From Patescibacteria group bacterium (lineage in GTDB: Bacteria; Patescibacteriota; Minisyncoccia; UBA6257; GWB1-50-10), in assembly GCA_024239035.1 (NCBI GenBank), contig JANBVK010000001.1, positions 572,202 to 621,264 of the forward strand: a stretch of 49,063 nucleotides of DNA, written 5' to 3'. Shown here in pieces: positions 44,121-49,063 of this stretch. Position 1 is the first letter of the stretch. Each line of letters begins with the position of its first letter. Made by a program: the position numbers and the translations under genes. Below the pieces are notes generated by a model. It saw only the letters and a list, made by a program, of their open reading frames with translations, did no database searches and had not been told where the DNA came from.

Positions 44121-44148
44121 TTGACAACTTTTTCCCCTTCCTTATACT
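44121..44148 (+). promoter_or_regulatory. groESL promoter
   Basis: GGGGG-TTGACA (44121-44126), 16-nt spacer, TATACT (44143-44148). Confidence 0.6.
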
Positions 44149-44159
44149 GAAGAACTGAA

Positions 44160-44186
44160 TTAGCAGTAAAAGGTCAGGAGTGCTAA
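44160..44186 (+). promoter_or_regulatory. CIRCE operator (HrcA binding site)
   Basis: TTAGCAGTA-N9-GAGTGCTAA versus the consensus TTAGCACTC-N9-GAGTGCTAA. It lies between the promoter and groES. Confidence 0.75.
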
Positions 44187-44198
44187 AAACTAAAAATT

Positions 44199-44489
44199 AT
44201 GAATCTAAAACCTTTATCAAACCGCGTTTTAATTGAACCCGTCGAGGAAGAGCAGAAGACAAAGTCTGGGATTGTTCTTCCCGATACAGTGGAAAAAGAG
44301 AGACCCATAAAAGGTAAGATTATTGCGGTGGGACCCGGTAAACTAAACGATAAAGGTGAGCGAATCTCAATGTCAGTTAAGGTCGGTGACGTCGTCCTCT
44401 TTAAGAAGTACGGACCGGATGAGTTTGAGCTGGATGATAAGAAATATTTAGTTGGGGACGAGGATGATATTCTCGCAGTTATAGAATAA
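44199..44489 (+). CDS. groES: co-chaperonin GroES
   Basis: LKPLSNRVLIEP...KSGIVLPDT mobile loop. 96 aa. Confidence 0.95.
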   Translation: MNLKPLSNRVLIEPVEEEQKTKSGIVLPDTVEKERPIKGKIIAVGPGKLNDKGERISMSVKVGDVVLFKKYGPDEFELDDKKYLVGDEDDILAVIE

Positions 44490-44496
44490 CTTTTAG

Positions 44497-46158
<1,662 letters not shown>

Positions 46159-46180
46159 GAGCAAAATTTATACACAGCAA

Positions 46181-46218
46181 AACAATCGGCTCACACACAT
46201 GTGAGCCGATTGTTTTTA
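46181..46218 (+). terminator. groEL terminator
   Basis: 14-bp perfect stem AACAATCGGCTCAC/GTGAGCCGATTGTT followed by TTTTT. Confidence 0.85.
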
Positions 46219-46257
46219 CCCCGAGAGATGCGCTTTTTACTCCTTTAGCGTTTGAGC

Positions 46258-46286
46258 TTGACAAGCATATACCTCCTGAGATATAA
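46258..46286 (+). promoter_or_regulatory. putative promoter of the 3D-domain gene
   Basis: TTGACA (46258-46263), 17-nt spacer, ATATAA (46281-46286). Confidence 0.4.
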
Positions 46287-46295
46287 AAGGGGACT

Positions 46296-46718
46296 ATGCG
46301 TAGAATAGTGATCTTTACGCTTTTTTTATTGATAGTCCCGGCTCTCTTTACGCCTACTCTAGAGCGAGGGAGGGATATAAGAGTTGACACGCCTGAATAT
46401 GGGGAGCGTGCCGTTCCAGAAGGGTATTCTCTCTCTGCTGTTTTTACGGCGTATTCGTCAAGTCTCGATGAGACGGATAACACGCCGTTTATTACTGCTT
46501 CCGGTGCAGGGGTTCGGGACGGTATAATCGCGAATAACTGCTTGCCATTTGGAACGGAGATTGTGATTCCTGGACTTTTTGATGATAAGGTCTTTGTAGT
46601 GGAAGACCGGAAAAATTCACGCTATGGCTGCCAGTGGTTTGATATTTGGTATTCCAGTAAATCTGAAGCAAAACGATTTGGTATAGTACGAAACGCCGAG
46701 GTGCTGGTTTTGAATTAA
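46296..46718 (+). CDS. 3D-domain (MltA/YuiC-like) cell-wall-binding/lytic protein
   Basis: Signal/TM segment, then FTAYSSSLDETDNTPFITASG...LPFGTEIVIPG...FVVEDR, which is the 3D-domain pattern. Confidence 0.65.
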   Translation: MRRIVIFTLFLLIVPALFTPTLERGRDIRVDTPEYGERAVPEGYSLSAVFTAYSSSLDETDNTPFITASGAGVRDGIIANNCLPFGTEIVIPGLFDDKVFVVEDRKNSRYGCQWFDIWYSSKSEAKRFGIVRNAEVLVLN

Positions 46719-46745
46719 TGAGAGTTTTATTGTAGCATTACTCTT

Positions 46746-47300
46746 ATGAGTACTCTTACAATTATCTATATTGTTTTAGGTATCCTTGTTGTAGGGATTA
46801 TCTGGACCTTTAATAGTTTGGTGCGGTTGAGGGTCCGCGCCAAAGAGGCGTGGTCAGACATTGAGGTACAGCTTAAGCGCCGATACAATTTGATCCCGAA
46901 TGTGGTGGAAACGGTGAAAGGATATGCTAAACATGAGCGGGGAGTGTTTGAAAAAGTTACCGAGGCACGGACGAGAGCTATGGGAGCAAAAGACCTCCAT
47001 GATAAAGCCGGTGCGGAGAACATGCTCTCAAGTACCTTAAAGACGCTCTTTGCGGTTTCAGAGAACTATCCTGACTTAAAGGCGAATGCTAATTTCTTAG
47101 ATCTCCAGAGAGAACTAGCGGATACAGAAAATAAAATTCAGGCAGCGCGAAGATTTTATAACACAATGGTTCGTGATTTGAATACGAAGATTGAAACGTT
47201 CCCGCCGAACATTATCGCGCGGCTTTTTAATTTTAAGAAAATAGAATTTTTTGAGACTAAAGAAGAACTTGAGAGAGAACCGGTAAAGGTACGATTTTAG
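46746..47300 (+). CDS. lemA: LemA-family protein
   Basis: N-terminal TM helix and YNLIPNVVETVKGYAKHE...ENYPDLKAN...RRFYN motifs. Confidence 0.85.
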   Translation: MSTLTIIYIVLGILVVGIIWTFNSLVRLRVRAKEAWSDIEVQLKRRYNLIPNVVETVKGYAKHERGVFEKVTEARTRAMGAKDLHDKAGAENMLSSTLKTLFAVSENYPDLKANANFLDLQRELADTENKIQAARRFYNTMVRDLNTKIETFPPNIIARLFNFKKIEFFETKEELEREPVKVRF

Positions 47301-47303
47301 AGT

Positions 47304-48212
47304 ATGGCATCTTTATATACGCACAAGGCGTCTAATATCAGAAAGACGTGGTTGCTCCTTACGGTTTTTTTGATTGTGGTCGTCGGTTTGGGATGGGTGT
47401 TTTCTGGAGCTTATGGGAGCCCGGTCATACTGTATTTTGCTGTGGGTTTTAGCGTGATAATGGGCATCACGAGTTTTTGGTATTCGGACAAGATTGTACT
47501 CCGGATGTCAAAGGCTCAACCAGTATCAAGGAAAAATGCCCGGGAGCTTTACAATATTGTTGAGAATCTGGCGATTACTGCCGGTCTTCCTCTGCCAAAA
47601 ATATATTTAATAAATGAACCGGCACCGAATGCTTTTGCTACCGGGAGAGATCCGAAACACGCGGTGGTAGCAGTAACAACCGGACTTCTCGATAAACTAG
47701 ACCGGTCGGAGCTTGAAGGGGTTATTGCGCATGAACTCTCTCATATTGGTAATCGTGACATGCTTGTTTCCACTGTTGCCGTAATTTTAGTTGGCTTTAT
47801 TGCGATCTTGTCTGATTTATTTTTACGCTCAATGATTTGGCGAAGCTTTACGGGGAGCAGAAATCGAAGCAGCGGACAGGCGGGAGCCGTGCTAATGCTT
47901 GTTGGTATCGCGCTCTCAATCTTGGCGCCAATTGCGGCAATGCTCATGCAACTTGCAATCTCGCGTAAGAGGGAACTTTTAGCTGACGCCTCGGGCGCGC
48001 TCCTTACTCGTTACCCTGAAGGACTAGCGAAGGCGCTGGAGAAAATATCTCGGGATCAAACGCCGCTTCGTGTTGCACAAAACACAACCGCGCATCTCTG
48101 GCTCGACGATCCATTCAAAGGAAAAAGCAAGAAAGGTTTTTTACATAAATTATTTATGACTCACCCTCCAGTAGAAGAACGTGTAAAGGCATTGCGGGGG
48201 ATGTCTTCATGA
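47304..48212 (+). CDS. htpX: HtpX-type M48 zinc metalloprotease
   Basis: HELSHIGNRD (HExxH) and four TM segments. The LemA-HtpX pairing is common. Confidence 0.85.
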   Translation: MASLYTHKASNIRKTWLLLTVFLIVVVGLGWVFSGAYGSPVILYFAVGFSVIMGITSFWYSDKIVLRMSKAQPVSRKNARELYNIVENLAITAGLPLPKIYLINEPAPNAFATGRDPKHAVVAVTTGLLDKLDRSELEGVIAHELSHIGNRDMLVSTVAVILVGFIAILSDLFLRSMIWRSFTGSRNRSSGQAGAVLMLVGIALSILAPIAAMLMQLAISRKRELLADASGALLTRYPEGLAKALEKISRDQTPLRVAQNTTAHLWLDDPFKGKSKKGFLHKLFMTHPPVEERVKALRGMSS

Positions 48213-48901
48213 AACATTCTTTCGGAAAGACAGTAGTTATTGCTTTGGGAGGTTCTATTATATATCCCAAGGAGATTGACGTCAGGTTTTTGGGGCAGTT
48301 TAAAAGTTTTATTGAAAGTTTTACGAAGAAGGGAATGCGTTTTGTGCTTGTGGTGGGCGGCGGAAAAGTAAGTAGGATATACCAGGCTGCTGCAGCAAAA
48401 GTTGCTCCGCTTACCGATGATGATAAGGACTGGTTGGGGATTCATGCTACGCGTTCTAACGCACACCTGGTCCGCACGGTGTTTCGAAAAGTTGCGGACC
48501 CTGTGATAGTTGACAGTCGTAATAAGATAAAAAAATTAAAACATCCCGTCACTGTGGCAAGCGGTTGGAGGCCGGGATGGTCTACAGATTATGTAGCAAT
48601 GGCGATTGCGCATAAACTCGGCGTGAGAGAAGTAGTGATTGCAGGGAAACCCAACGCAGTATATGAGAAAAATCCTGATCGGCACGTGAAGATGGGGCGT
48701 ATCTCGTGCTTGAGATGGGGTTCTTACCGGGCGCTCATTCCAAAGGAATGGAAACCGGGACTTCATGCTCCGGTTGACCCGGTCGCGGCAAGGTTTGCTG
48801 AGAGAAATGGAATAGTAGCCGTTATTGTAGGTGGCCGCCGACTCAAAAATCTTGAGCGCTCATTGCGGGGAGAGAATTTTCAAGGTACGATCATTGAATA
48901 A
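48209..48901 (+). CDS. pyrH: archaeal-type UMP kinase (amino-acid-kinase fold)
   Basis: VIALGGSII...VVGGGKVSR...GWRPGWSTDYVA...VDPVAA aligns by eye with the short (~225 aa) archaeal PyrH type. Confidence 0.7.
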   Translation: MKHSFGKTVVIALGGSIIYPKEIDVRFLGQFKSFIESFTKKGMRFVLVVGGGKVSRIYQAAAAKVAPLTDDDKDWLGIHATRSNAHLVRTVFRKVADPVIVDSRNKIKKLKHPVTVASGWRPGWSTDYVAMAIAHKLGVREVVIAGKPNAVYEKNPDRHVKMGRISCLRWGSYRALIPKEWKPGLHAPVDPVAARFAERNGIVAVIVGGRRLKNLERSLRGENFQGTIIE

Positions 48902-48919
48902 TCTTAAGAGAAAAATCTT

Positions 48920-49006
48920 GGTGGGGTCGCATAGTGGCCTAGTGCGGTTGCTTGGAAAGCAACTATGTCAGAAATGGCATCGTGGGTTCGAATCCCACCC
49001 CCACCG
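48920..49006 (+). tRNA. tRNA-Ser (anticodon GGA)
   Basis: Acceptor GGTGGGG/CCCCACC, anticodon arm GTTGC-TTGGAAA-GCAAC, a long variable arm, T arm GTGGG-TTCGAAT-CCCAC and discriminator G. Confidence 0.9.
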
Positions 49007-49063
49007 CATGAAAACCCCGACCCCCGCTTAAGACACCTGTCGGGTTTCTTAGCTCCCTTCGGT

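Overview
AT-rich, gene-dense bacterial chromosome segment, coded almost entirely on the plus strand between 6 and 42 kb. The gene content includes a UPF0182 protein, DUF5671-like and DUF3179 proteins, an archaeal-type UMP kinase, a short Rel enzyme and several tiny Zn-ribbon proteins. No biosynthetic operons are present. I infer from this a small-genome Patescibacteria/CPR-like organism using the standard code. I call about 60 CDS, 2 tRNAs (Leu-CAA, Ser-GGA), one strong and two weaker candidate structured RNAs, a 4-copy palindromic repeat family, and several promoters and terminators. Housekeeping content: PP2C phosphatase, MscS, PIF1-like helicase, Csp, MsrB, SOD, ParA/ParB, Rel, GroES/GroEL with a CIRCE operator, LemA-HtpX, PyrH. 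Accessory content: (1) A nuclease/methylase island at 1.3-9.3 kb is built around lexA. LexA is translationally abutted to a fused m5C+m6A DNA methyltransferase, which is convergent with an HNH endonuclease. Divergent from lexA are two mini GIY-YIG proteins, a PD-(D/E)xK/DUF4268-type protein and a membrane-anchored unknown. A 19-nt inverted repeat sits across the back-to-back promoters. This LexA-wired R-M module is my best candidate for an undescribed system. (2) Four short GC-rich single-gene islets lie in the AT-rich background. One encodes an actinomycete-type DUF397 protein and one abuts tRNA-Leu. (3) A ~450-nt GC-rich structured RNA with its own terminator lies between rel and groES, and I could not assign it to RNase P, tmRNA, SRP or 6S. 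(4) parA and parB are split by a 424-nt promoter-bearing leader with mutually exclusive helices. (5) A 190-nt registered hairpin lies upstream of mgtC. (6) A copper/thiol-redox block contains CopB, ArsR, Grx, DUF3179, TlpA, a DSP phosphatase and CcdA. All family assignments come from motif recognition by eye. No searches were run.
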